Below, one piece after another: positions 48,101 through 55,653 of a stretch of DNA of 64,000 nt. The translations under genes and the position numbers were made by a program. The notes below the pieces were generated by a model. The model made no database searches. It saw only the letters and a list, made by a program, of their open reading frames with translations, and had not been told where the DNA came from. Source of the DNA: Pseudomonadota bacterium. Lineage in GTDB: Bacteria; Bdellovibrionota_C; UBA2361; SZUA-149; DAOLCO01. Positions within the stretch are counted from its first letter, which is position 1, and each line of letters opens with the position of its first letter. Location of the stretch: NCBI GenBank assembly GCA_027487795.1, contig JAIYCX010000028.1:108028-172027 (forward strand), given 5' to 3'.

Positions 48101-51100
48101 ATTTCATAAATAATAATATTACTTTATCTAAAGATTTAAAAATACAAGAAGCATGGAAAGTAAAAAACTTATCAAAGCATCCAATCTTCGTAACTATTGC
48201 AAAAATAAAAGAGCTTGATAATTCAACCAATGAAGTATTAAACGATACTGGCAAAATCTTAATGGTTCCCGTGAAAGGACTTCTTCATGTTATGTCTGGT
48301 TTCATATCTGACGCTTGTACCACAGGCATTGCAAATAACCTGGCGGCAGGAAAGGAACCAAGTGTCACAACATATTTATTTGTCACAGACAGGGGCACTT
48401 CTTCTGAGAAGGTTAGAGGTGCAGTATTAGGAATTGAAACTTTTACACCAGATGGCAAAAAAGTATTAGTTATTAGAGCTAATAATCCAAAACAAGGTAT
48501 AGGCACACGCTTCGATACAGATTCTTTATTAGAACAAACAGTAGAATACTTCAAGAATATGGCTGTCGAAGGGGGATTCGATTATTTAGTAGTACCTGTA
48601 GACGGAACTGGTGAGTCAGGTTCAAATCGAGATTTTGTTTCTGATTATTATCAGGAAAATTATTCTAAAAATGAAAAACTTCAACTCATTCAATCTAGTG
48701 AGACAGAACTTAATAGATACTCGAATTTTAATAGTAAAGGACCGAATGCTGTAAGAGTAGTTTGGAGTAGAGAAGCAGAAGAAAAAGTTTCTGATGATGT
48801 TTCACTTGACGTAAGAAGCAGCAGCAAGACTCATGAAGAGTCTGAAAATCTCAATTCTCGTACATCAAACTCAATATCAAAAACACTAAGTAATTCCATA
48901 AGCTGGATTTTTAGCTCAGGAAAAAAATCTAATGTGGATAACCTTAAAGAATTAATAACTCAATCTAGAAGCTTACTATCTCAATATAGGGTGTATTCCT
49001 TAGAACAAAGAACTCAATTACTAACGCCAAAGATTCAAGAAATAAATGGATTAGTAAAACAAAGATTAGATGAATTAAATCTTAAATATACAACAACAAC
49101 CAATTTCAAGCTCTTTCCAGAACTCAAAAAAGAATTTGCTGGTATAGAATGGTCCATTTTCATTATAGATCCGGAACAGAATAGCACAAATTCTATTGCA
49201 AAGTACGCAAAAAAAATCGATCTTATCAATGGTGGTCAGCTTGTAGTAGACGTACCTAGATTAATCATAAATCAATATGATGCAGTAGTTACTAATGATA
49301 TTCATACCCTATCCGTTAATGGATTAATTAAAGGCGAAATCGATAAGCTTAGTGACTTCCATGAATATGATCATTTAAAAGGTAGAAAACTAAATGCTGA
49401 TGGAAATTCAACTCCCTATTCCGGTTTCATAGAATCTTCTTTATTTAGTAAATATATCAAGTCAGAGCAAAGCTCTGATATCATGGTAAACCATGATGAA
49501 CTTTTAGCTTATACTAAAAATATTTTAGAATTAGTAAAGAGAGGAGACAAGCTTAAAAATATTCTTCATGAAGTAAATTCATATAAAAATAATTTTGTTG
49601 ATTTCTATAAAAAAGAATTAGCATTATTTTCAAGTCCAACTACAACATACTCTGCACAAGGAAGCACAGCTTACTTTACACATGTATTCCCCTTAGATAA
49701 AATAACTATTCATGACTTAGTCCTAGGAGAAGCTACACAAGGAAAAGAAAAAATAACATTTTTCTTAGGCAAAAAAGGAGATCTAATAGCGCTAGCTGAA
49801 AAAAATAATCTAGAATTAAAAGAGCTCGTTGAGCTACTAATAAAAGAGAGGATAAAAGAATTATTAGATATTACTACAAATGTATCAGCACAAGTTGAAA
49901 CATTTCTTAAATCAATAGAAGAAATTAACAAATCAAAACCTAAAAATTATAAAAAAATAATTGATGATAAATGCCTAGACTTTGCTACTAGCTTAAGATT
50001 TTACACACTATCAAGAGCAAAAAGTACTTCTAGTGACTTATTAGAAAACTACTTTAAGCAACTTAATAAAAATAATGATTCTGCTTTATCAGATTTGCTA
50101 GGCGATCTAGATTCAGAGCCCCTCTCCGCTCTCGACCTAAAAAACAAATACTTTAAAGACGAATCTCTAGAAGCTCCGCATATTACCACTAATGGTAAGA
50201 TTAGATATGTCGGATCTAGAGAGCAATTACAGGAAGAGTATAAAGCATTACTAGGAAGTGGTGCTGTATTAAATGAAAACACAGTTGCTTTTTATGATCC
50301 TAAATTTAAACAAACAGTAAGTATTATTCCTGAGACTTTAAGGAATAAAATAAATAATGTTAAAGAATCAGTACCAAGAGATCAGAGAGTTATTGAGGCT
50401 TCTTTTATAATTCATGAAAAGACACATGAGAAGCTTTCAGCAGGCAAAACTAATTTCTCTGATGCAGAAAGATTTAATCAAGAAGTAGTTTGTTACAGAG
50501 CTCAGGCTGAATATCTTTTCGATAGAGGCTTTATCATGAGCTTTAGCTCTGATGGTTATAGTATAGAAAAGAAATTACCCGGTGATAATATTTTATCACT
50601 AGATGAAAATCTAGATCTAAGTATTAAAAAATTTATAAACGCACATTATAATTTTCCTAATTATGTTACTAACCCTTATGAAGTAGAAAGACTTGCTAGT
50701 TTCTCTAAGGAACTTCTTAAACTACAACCTTATGAATCTAAAGTTTATGGTAGAGATTTTTTAGAGCAAAGCGATCTTCCAGAAAATGTAAAATTAAAAG
50801 ATTTAGCTTCCTCTCAAGCAAGATTAACTCGCATGCCAGACGTTGAAGGTAAGCCTAAATTTGTTATAACACCACTAGGTGGTGATGGTGTTTATAAAAA
50901 TGGTAAAAAAATAGACACAGAAACTGAAATTAATTTATTTGATAAAGTATGGCTTGGTTCTGTTGTAAAACTCCACACCTGGGAGAAGTTAAATACAGAT
51001 TCTATTTACAGAAGGGTAGATCGACCTAAATTTTTTAAAGATAAAGAAATATTGACTGTCCTAAGCTATATATTAGATGATGATATTCTTCACTCTCCAG

Positions 51101-52470
51101 AGTCACAAAAGATACTTACTGGTAAGCGACTACCAAAAGACAATATTAATGAAATCGCAGATATAGTAAATCAAGGCGGTCCGATAAGATTAACTTTAGT
51201 AGGACTAGCTAAAGAAGCAGATAGTCAAGCCATAGTTATAGAATCAATAGATCTCAGAGATCCTGCCGCACCTATAGCAACAATCAGAAATCCTGGCCAA
51301 GGTATGAAGATGATAGTACCTTGGTACAGTATTAAAGACAGACTTGCATATGTTCCTCAATACTATCAAGTAGAAAAAAATAATACGTCAGCACCTTTAA
51401 CAAACAGGCCTTTTGAGGCGATGGGAAATGAATCTGTATTAGATCTTATTAAAGAACTAAAAACCATAGATCTAAATAATAATGGCAAAGAAAAGATAGA
51501 AAATGTTTTAAATCGCATTAATGAGAATCTTGACAAGGCTACTATTCCTTTAATAGATCGTTCTGGGAAAATAATTCAAAAACTTTCTAAGGATGTAATA
51601 GAAGATAACAGTACTTTAGATATTAGTAACGTAGATTATAGTACAATAAAAGAACTCTTCGAAATCGAAGCTCAATTACAATCGTTTGAATCAGCTGGTA
51701 GTTCTATGAGTACTATACGATCATATTTAAATAATGCAAATACTGTTGATGTTTCAGGATCAATATTAGCTGAAGCGATTATACTGGAACACAGGCTTAC
51801 TGGGTTGCCTAAAGATTTTACAAAACAAGTAGAAGTCTATGTAAGATTTATAGGACTACTTAAGAAAGATATTGCTGAAGCTGGATTTAATCAAGATAAG
51901 AATTCAAATACTGATAAGTCAGTATCTAATCTTTATGATAGTTACATAGCTACAGATGGTAAATTATCAAAACTAGCAAAGTATCTTAAAAATAAAAATG
52001 GGATCTATGGATACGAAGAAATTTCTCAGGGGATAATTAATGCTGTAGTTGAAAATTTAAGAATTAACGAAGCTAGGAAATTAAAAACAGCTTTAGATCA
52101 AAACTTAGATAGCTTTGAACAAGTATTTAGCACAGAAGGTGGGGTGCATTATTATAAGTTAGCGGATAATAGTGCCATTGTTGTCAGAGATAATTTTGAG
52201 GATGATCAAGCGCTAGTTAGAAAGGCAGAGAATGTATTTTTTGTTGCTGAAGATCAGGTTAAGGGGATTAAGGAGCAGTTGAAAGCAATTGCAAAGGATG
52301 GGATTGGTATTTTTGATTTTCAATCGATGGCACTAGCGGCAGGTGTAATTCCTTTTGAGCTAATAGGCTTTCAAGTTGCTGTTGGAGTCGATGGAGTTGT
52401 TACTGCTGAAGTAGTTAATAAAAATTCCCAGACGCATTTGGGAGGTGAGATAGTTGAAACTAAAATCTAA
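42145..52470 (+). CDS. Giant hypothetical protein (3441 aa). Predominantly Lys/Glu/Leu/Asn-rich and helical-looking, with no signal peptide. It contains two HExxH motifs and a 154-aa internal tandem duplication.
   Basis: Uninterrupted 10.3-kb ORF with TTG start and an AGAGG RBS 4 nt upstream. The first in-frame ATG is at codon 79. HEKIH at 44037-44051 and HEKTH at 50413-50427 lie in similar local contexts. Duplicated blocks around 45630-46090 and 46092-46550 ('ADETIKKLAADAIV' occurs twice). A Cys-containing conserved-looking block 'GFISDACTTGIANNLAAGKEP' is near 48300. Confidence 0.75.
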   Translation: MPKVANNSSGYAKDSALLSNAVELVLPENPRLREELSKENSKNKSEKLPEGLLDKSLGESLNKLVSELGDARFDRGFNMTYGQATQDNNIYKTRLQVASQQIEDSKLKIKTHLMHSGATPEEQKAQYDKIRAFAATRELEGLNQFQAAKTEYQRRSVEEAEKARREGGASYALGEVLTKATKSASTLIPTTKESVDILGSAIFSGGEGIEKVRLKNLSERGESVLGTTEEFAKGSNSSFSNTVALMGVGLAPLEKVSGMTLNPALESVDIGLRASRAASYNAVSANDAQISYGEYKELEDREGLLKAAKLSMDGAKIALGAAALGPSSLSQLSQPMLVSGGMGYAGALSEELLSKEGFKLGRFLEHGFTGTADSFLFMGGITGIGHIAEKTGALHKMSSVKTLLSLENGVQKEKKLEAIYKSFKGLEITNDEARFVSNLVAEMKMGLSGKIDLIDSLPDVQKSLNIFLEKVGDLSALEIYEKLKKDPEYRRMLSGAVLKVGVSGFDAFDVKSGTKGMESLEQTGRMEDGKGESSTVIPAQVAGLVTAAEAQARIQESLEKTGRIEGGKEFKNSELETFAKRLEKSKGVSLVYDKETLIKEQAGALYNPDEKIIYAPTDAVEQNKVTKQLKHEKIHAMLDRIKDEGGDSFSFGKMSLTGKDTTLEEFVTYPEMLAEYAKDIRKNLGNLDSNLNFIKEHVQVLRDYNEQLNKTLNIKFNSDLEINTNSGILDKVIQTFQNIFNFGTKTNLELETKKRIDKDGNTIYVKIGTIKKGDLSLSLDLSIASDRNNLNSDTDAKKLFSEKIETLKFVQKTTSDALNKISKSISSNNQESLISNIFDLRSQLFPIYVTSGSGVTAAKNVPTGTKVELNKTLSKEDLVDKYDYVQAATHSSVAQALELLNNFPNSEKELKEFIKNTKLNKSQIKKIEKHAVSIGRSLVENEELNNYNKLTHVNSLYRLSHIFKQLGLDLLNNKEIIAAISNRNKAITDSSAKYSAKLLVERKVRNQNFISKHYTIVRPQKEQTEEIKQEENETKEIKQEENVHLLKRKSTNDLPDEKKTPVELLKLQIKNFQGITDRIQTNLNSLQSDDYQRAEVYQFAENRLIILIEQGNFKVFSSLIELLRQNEFELADFKKVHDSLNQYYSNKSADILIKSLNEDLNNLPLSIKLNLIKSRITNTIQSEGFLAFLKVSAKLDEEIRKNIFADETIKKLAADAIVNELLDPNNSKVHQVFNENYLNFSKDELKDISNRVEKLKSIDSERAEESTLTEASETDEIQLSQFDLDNLEEGQIKSVFYYSKQSASIFLLGLDEGLKTLPQSVKLNVIKYKAALIFKDNGFLSFIKFAKKLDTEFKQNILADETIKKLAADAIVIELVNPENSKVNKAFQDNYLNFSKDQLEEIRSRVEKLKNSNNHSAEESRRLHKELFKDGDKSDREIMRAIKKLGYPTGISKDEVVGRFRDFIVAGAFDSIKLDINRFRNKITNAMVIEAIADVEELPGSEIERTKNSADRPSIVRFYQSQFNEFENEVLEDIEKNKLIDHDLSNKIKLLIRAKHVESIYEMRGIRLSSILEDLPARLWEEQFIKYPSEYHYFLSRLSSEEVKSLNANHANTFLKIAGIQAQSADKDNNPWVTEFESLVKHLIETKKFKYEEPKTGDTLIEFVSQFGMVNTPELANVFFDLSSIKDYKDQNQDTKNLINNLFLEAKAINEAKSTNKISIPEITELTKSQDIKKFLISYKQTLLVNLINEEESTLANLDSELSKNILESILETSFDRDSIDIPSVIKTLRDNLNSNKRSFSLEDYQKEKTIDVKLVRKKIGVDEAAINKEKERALANPDLIKVSTNLTQTISKALEAIDSGKENALIVEEIQEALKNLNQRLLEIQNGLIKPDLTENAKKGISINLIKTEADIKLLNILLNNDSFDQIIGKLDSNNQNHLSIIQAISTLEIVKSLPEETLNQLQKVCNDNVSSEIIKESSLRFLANFINNNITLSKDLKIQEAWKVKNLSKHPIFVTIAKIKELDNSTNEVLNDTGKILMVPVKGLLHVMSGFISDACTTGIANNLAAGKEPSVTTYLFVTDRGTSSEKVRGAVLGIETFTPDGKKVLVIRANNPKQGIGTRFDTDSLLEQTVEYFKNMAVEGGFDYLVVPVDGTGESGSNRDFVSDYYQENYSKNEKLQLIQSSETELNRYSNFNSKGPNAVRVVWSREAEEKVSDDVSLDVRSSSKTHEESENLNSRTSNSISKTLSNSISWIFSSGKKSNVDNLKELITQSRSLLSQYRVYSLEQRTQLLTPKIQEINGLVKQRLDELNLKYTTTTNFKLFPELKKEFAGIEWSIFIIDPEQNSTNSIAKYAKKIDLINGGQLVVDVPRLIINQYDAVVTNDIHTLSVNGLIKGEIDKLSDFHEYDHLKGRKLNADGNSTPYSGFIESSLFSKYIKSEQSSDIMVNHDELLAYTKNILELVKRGDKLKNILHEVNSYKNNFVDFYKKELALFSSPTTTYSAQGSTAYFTHVFPLDKITIHDLVLGEATQGKEKITFFLGKKGDLIALAEKNNLELKELVELLIKERIKELLDITTNVSAQVETFLKSIEEINKSKPKNYKKIIDDKCLDFATSLRFYTLSRAKSTSSDLLENYFKQLNKNNDSALSDLLGDLDSEPLSALDLKNKYFKDESLEAPHITTNGKIRYVGSREQLQEEYKALLGSGAVLNENTVAFYDPKFKQTVSIIPETLRNKINNVKESVPRDQRVIEASFIIHEKTHEKLSAGKTNFSDAERFNQEVVCYRAQAEYLFDRGFIMSFSSDGYSIEKKLPGDNILSLDENLDLSIKKFINAHYNFPNYVTNPYEVERLASFSKELLKLQPYESKVYGRDFLEQSDLPENVKLKDLASSQARLTRMPDVEGKPKFVITPLGGDGVYKNGKKIDTETEINLFDKVWLGSVVKLHTWEKLNTDSIYRRVDRPKFFKDKEILTVLSYILDDDILHSPESQKILTGKRLPKDNINEIADIVNQGGPIRLTLVGLAKEADSQAIVIESIDLRDPAAPIATIRNPGQGMKMIVPWYSIKDRLAYVPQYYQVEKNNTSAPLTNRPFEAMGNESVLDLIKELKTIDLNNNGKEKIENVLNRINENLDKATIPLIDRSGKIIQKLSKDVIEDNSTLDISNVDYSTIKELFEIEAQLQSFESAGSSMSTIRSYLNNANTVDVSGSILAEAIILEHRLTGLPKDFTKQVEVYVRFIGLLKKDIAEAGFNQDKNSNTDKSVSNLYDSYIATDGKLSKLAKYLKNKNGIYGYEEISQGIINAVVENLRINEARKLKTALDQNLDSFEQVFSTEGGVHYYKLADNSAIVVRDNFEDDQALVRKAENVFFVAEDQVKGIKEQLKAIAKDGIGIFDFQSMALAAGVIPFELIGFQVAVGVDGVVTAEVVNKNSQTHLGGEIVETKI

Positions 52471-52700
52471 AACCTCTCCAACCCCGTACAAAAAGCTCTT
52501 ATTTCTTTTCCATTAAAGGGTGAGCTATAAGGTTTCTTAGCCGTACTTCTATAAGATATCTCAACTTGTCCCATTACCTTACCTAATTGTGAGAAACTAA
52601 ATGATAATCCAGTATTTCCCTTCAAAGCTGAAATACTTGCTCTAGATTGATTAGGGACAGTAGAGGAAATTTATTTTGGGTAGTACCGATCTTTTTTTCT
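52471..52700 (-). pseudogene. Degenerate remnant related to the C-terminal module of the 58860.. surface protein
   Basis: The reverse complement of 52471-52500 encodes '...KSFLYGVGEV', cf. 'NAFCAGLRGF'. Nucleotide similarity to 58860-58990 and 55327-55440. No intact ORF. Confidence 0.3.
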
Positions 52701-52701
52701 A

Positions 52702-55326
52702 CTATTTCAACTCATATAAGATAGTATCACGATAAGGACTCGGTGGATCTTTTTGTATCACTGCGGAGCCCCTAGTTTTATTTGATGATATTGAGGCCGC
52801 ACCACTAGACCTCGGAGTACCAAGCCCTTTCTGTCTTTCTAAAAACTCTTGTCCGAAAATTCTTGTTAGATATCCATTGTCAAATCTGGAGGAAGTAACT
52901 ACTCCCGCTTCCCAAAATGCCATAAAAATATCTAGCTCAGATGGATCTAGAGAGAGATCTCGAATAGCGCTAAGTAATTTAGGCGTCATTTCCGGAAGTG
53001 GAGATGCCACATCAATATATTGGCGCAAATCTACATTTCTAGCTTTCAAAATATTAAATATCTCTTCTCCAGACAAAGTTCGTATCCAGTTAAGACAGTT
53101 AAAAGTAGAGACTCTTTGTGTTAATGTTCCATATGCGGTGGTACCGCTTGGCGTGGTCTTGTAAAATCCCGTACCCGTTCCATCAATAATCTGAACACCA
53201 TTTTCTAACTGTACGGGACCAATTACTTCATCGGCATGATTGGCTGCATGCTGAAATTCTTCTGCCTTATATAGTAAATTAGCTTTCCTCAAACCCAAAC
53301 TAGCTTCTTCGTATAAAGCAAGAACTTCTTTGCCGCTCTGACCAGGACCTAATAGCTCATGAATTAATTCATCTGACTCATCTGCTAAATTTGAAATTTC
53401 TTTAACTACTTCACCATTTGGCCCACGATAAGGCAATACATCTCCAGGTTTTGGAATAAACTGACGCAATACCTCACCAAACATATCATCATTAAAAACA
53501 TAGTAGTGCGTAGGTGTTTTAAAATCAAAAATAGAGATTGTTTTTACCTTATAAGCATAGTTTCCGTGTGTTCCTAAATCGTTAATAGAGCGACCTGCTG
53601 TATCTAATAAGTGTTTCTCACTTAATGTTATTAACTCTTTTTCATAAATAGTTCTTACCATATCGGGTGAAACGTTACCTCCAAGCTGATCAATCTTTTG
53701 TTTTGTAAGATACTTAGCTTGTCTTGCTAATTCGATCATACTAGTTAAATCAAATTCTGCTGTAGCAGTTTTTAATTGTTTACCATTTAACAGTAAGGTA
53801 TTTAATAGCCTGTTTAGTGCTTGTTCTGCTTCATCAATACTGTTTTTTGCTAGATTAGATGAAAATTCATTGAAGGCATTTCTATAAAATGTAAATTGAT
53901 TTATTATTTTTGAAGTTAATGTGGCAGGAAGATCTTTTAGCTTAAATGCTTTAATAAGTTCAGCTAGTTGCTCTAGCTCGGATAAATTTTTTGGTATCTT
54001 AACCGCATCCACTAGGCCCCTTACTACACCTGCTACCGCTGCCTTAAAGCCTGGTGCTGTTGAGATTTCCTTTGCTACTGCTGTTAGCCCAACATTACCT
54101 CCCTGTATGCCACTAGTTAACTTCTGTGCATCTGCCACCCCATCAACCAATTTCATTCCCTTAAAATCACGAGAAAGTATCGCTAGAACAACTAATCTTG
54201 CATAGTCATCAATCTTCATTTGCCCCTGCGCGCCTATCTTAGTTCCGATTGCTAAAGACAAAGAACCGACGGATCCTGCTATAAACATAGCTTTTGAGAT
54301 CTTTCTAAATTTACTAGCTTGCGAAAGAACTGGTATTGAATCCAATAATAAATCCGCTGCAAATCCTGCCTGATCAGCCGCTGTAACTATTGGTTTGTGT
54401 TCCCACCAGCCAGTATCATGAGTTTGTGCATACGCTCTTGCGACTGCCACAAAAGGAACGATTTCTAATGCTAGTTGTGTTCCTTCTAATGTAGTAACTA
54501 CATTTTCCCAGTACTCTTGGTGTCTCTTAATAACAAATCCTTCTGCTATAGAATCTAAAGGATAAGCAGGTGGGAAAACATTTAGTAAATAATAAATACT
54601 GTCCTGATCAGGAGCAAAATATTCTTTAGTAGCTTCATTCCGATTCGGCTCTGAATTATCAGTGGACTTTATTTTAGCTTTTTGCACTACTCGATCGACA
54701 TCTACTTCTTTACCAATAAGTGTAGGCACTCGATAAGCATTACAATTGGGTTCATATTTGATATAAACAAAAGTTCCACAATTTGTAGGAAAGTAAAACA
54801 TGTTTGACCAATTAGGTACCTTTTCTAGCTTACCATTTCCCAGCTTATCATTCATTTTAACAAAAGGTTTGAATTGAAGAAGATAGCCATCTCTTCTCAA
54901 TTTAGTTAGAGTCTTTGAGGTTATAAATGATAATTTAGAATCCTTATCATCCTTACGCCAGTCAGAATACTGTTGACCATTTCTAGTGCCCTCAGTAAAA
55001 AAATAAGCTTTCTCTACTAACCACTCCCTTGATAAATCTTCAGACATTTCCATAAGATGATAAAGTTTTTTACTATCCCACTCCCGATCAAAATTATGGA
55101 CAACCACTACTGGTGCTCCCGCGCCTGCTCCCTTCCCCTTCCAATCAATAAATGAGCACTCTGAAAAATCCTTCATTAGTTCAGTGACTTTTAACTGTGC
55201 TGGATTCCACGGTGGACCCGAAGTATCAATTGCGGCTATCTGTTCTGGACCAGACTCTTGAGATAGAGTTAACTCTGCTGAGAAGTTTAACAGTAGAAAG
55301 AGTATAAAATATCTAATCACTCTCAT
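52702..55326 (-). CDS. Large secreted hypothetical protein (874 aa)
   Basis: Signal peptide MRVIRYFILFLLLNFSAELTLSQ. Long ORF with no domain I can place. Start codon overlaps (ATGA) the stop of the frameshifted remnant upstream. Confidence 0.6.
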   Translation of the reverse strand: MRVIRYFILFLLLNFSAELTLSQESGPEQIAAIDTSGPPWNPAQLKVTELMKDFSECSFIDWKGKGAGAGAPVVVVHNFDREWDSKKLYHLMEMSEDLSREWLVEKAYFFTEGTRNGQQYSDWRKDDKDSKLSFITSKTLTKLRRDGYLLQFKPFVKMNDKLGNGKLEKVPNWSNMFYFPTNCGTFVYIKYEPNCNAYRVPTLIGKEVDVDRVVQKAKIKSTDNSEPNRNEATKEYFAPDQDSIYYLLNVFPPAYPLDSIAEGFVIKRHQEYWENVVTTLEGTQLALEIVPFVAVARAYAQTHDTGWWEHKPIVTAADQAGFAADLLLDSIPVLSQASKFRKISKAMFIAGSVGSLSLAIGTKIGAQGQMKIDDYARLVVLAILSRDFKGMKLVDGVADAQKLTSGIQGGNVGLTAVAKEISTAPGFKAAVAGVVRGLVDAVKIPKNLSELEQLAELIKAFKLKDLPATLTSKIINQFTFYRNAFNEFSSNLAKNSIDEAEQALNRLLNTLLLNGKQLKTATAEFDLTSMIELARQAKYLTKQKIDQLGGNVSPDMVRTIYEKELITLSEKHLLDTAGRSINDLGTHGNYAYKVKTISIFDFKTPTHYYVFNDDMFGEVLRQFIPKPGDVLPYRGPNGEVVKEISNLADESDELIHELLGPGQSGKEVLALYEEASLGLRKANLLYKAEEFQHAANHADEVIGPVQLENGVQIIDGTGTGFYKTTPSGTTAYGTLTQRVSTFNCLNWIRTLSGEEIFNILKARNVDLRQYIDVASPLPEMTPKLLSAIRDLSLDPSELDIFMAFWEAGVVTSSRFDNGYLTRIFGQEFLERQKGLGTPRSSGAASISSNKTRGSAVIQKDPPSPYRDTILYELK

Positions 55327-55600
55327 TTAAAACCTCTCAGCCCTGCACAAAAAGCGTTCACTTCTTCTGGTTTGAAAACTTTGTCGTTTTGTTTTTTTAC
55401 TAGCATTAGAATAAGGTATAGTTGCGGTAGAGACTGCTTGGCCTATGAAAATAGAGGAACAAATAATGCTTAATTCAGTACTATTAATACTAGTCATAGC
55501 ACCTCTGAGCCCTAGGATCTACTTCTATATTTTGTGTTTTATTATATGTGTCTATCACTGGTTTTATGACAAGCGGAATAGCGGAGTGTAAAGATGGTAC
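55323..55600 (-). pseudogene. Frameshifted C-terminal fragment paralogous to the 3' end of the 58860.. gene
   Basis: - strand reads '...PYSNASKK' then, after one extra A in a 7-A homopolymer, 'QNDKVFKPEEVNAFCAGLRGFK*'. Intact gene: 'PYSNASKRQNNTAFTTREINAFCAGLRGFK*'. 55441-55600 is ~90% identical to 59930-60090, which lies inside the intact gene. Confidence 0.55.
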
Positions 55601-55653
55601 ATGAGCATTTTTATAGTCTGTTGCAATAAAACAAGATCGATCCATCAATTTAA

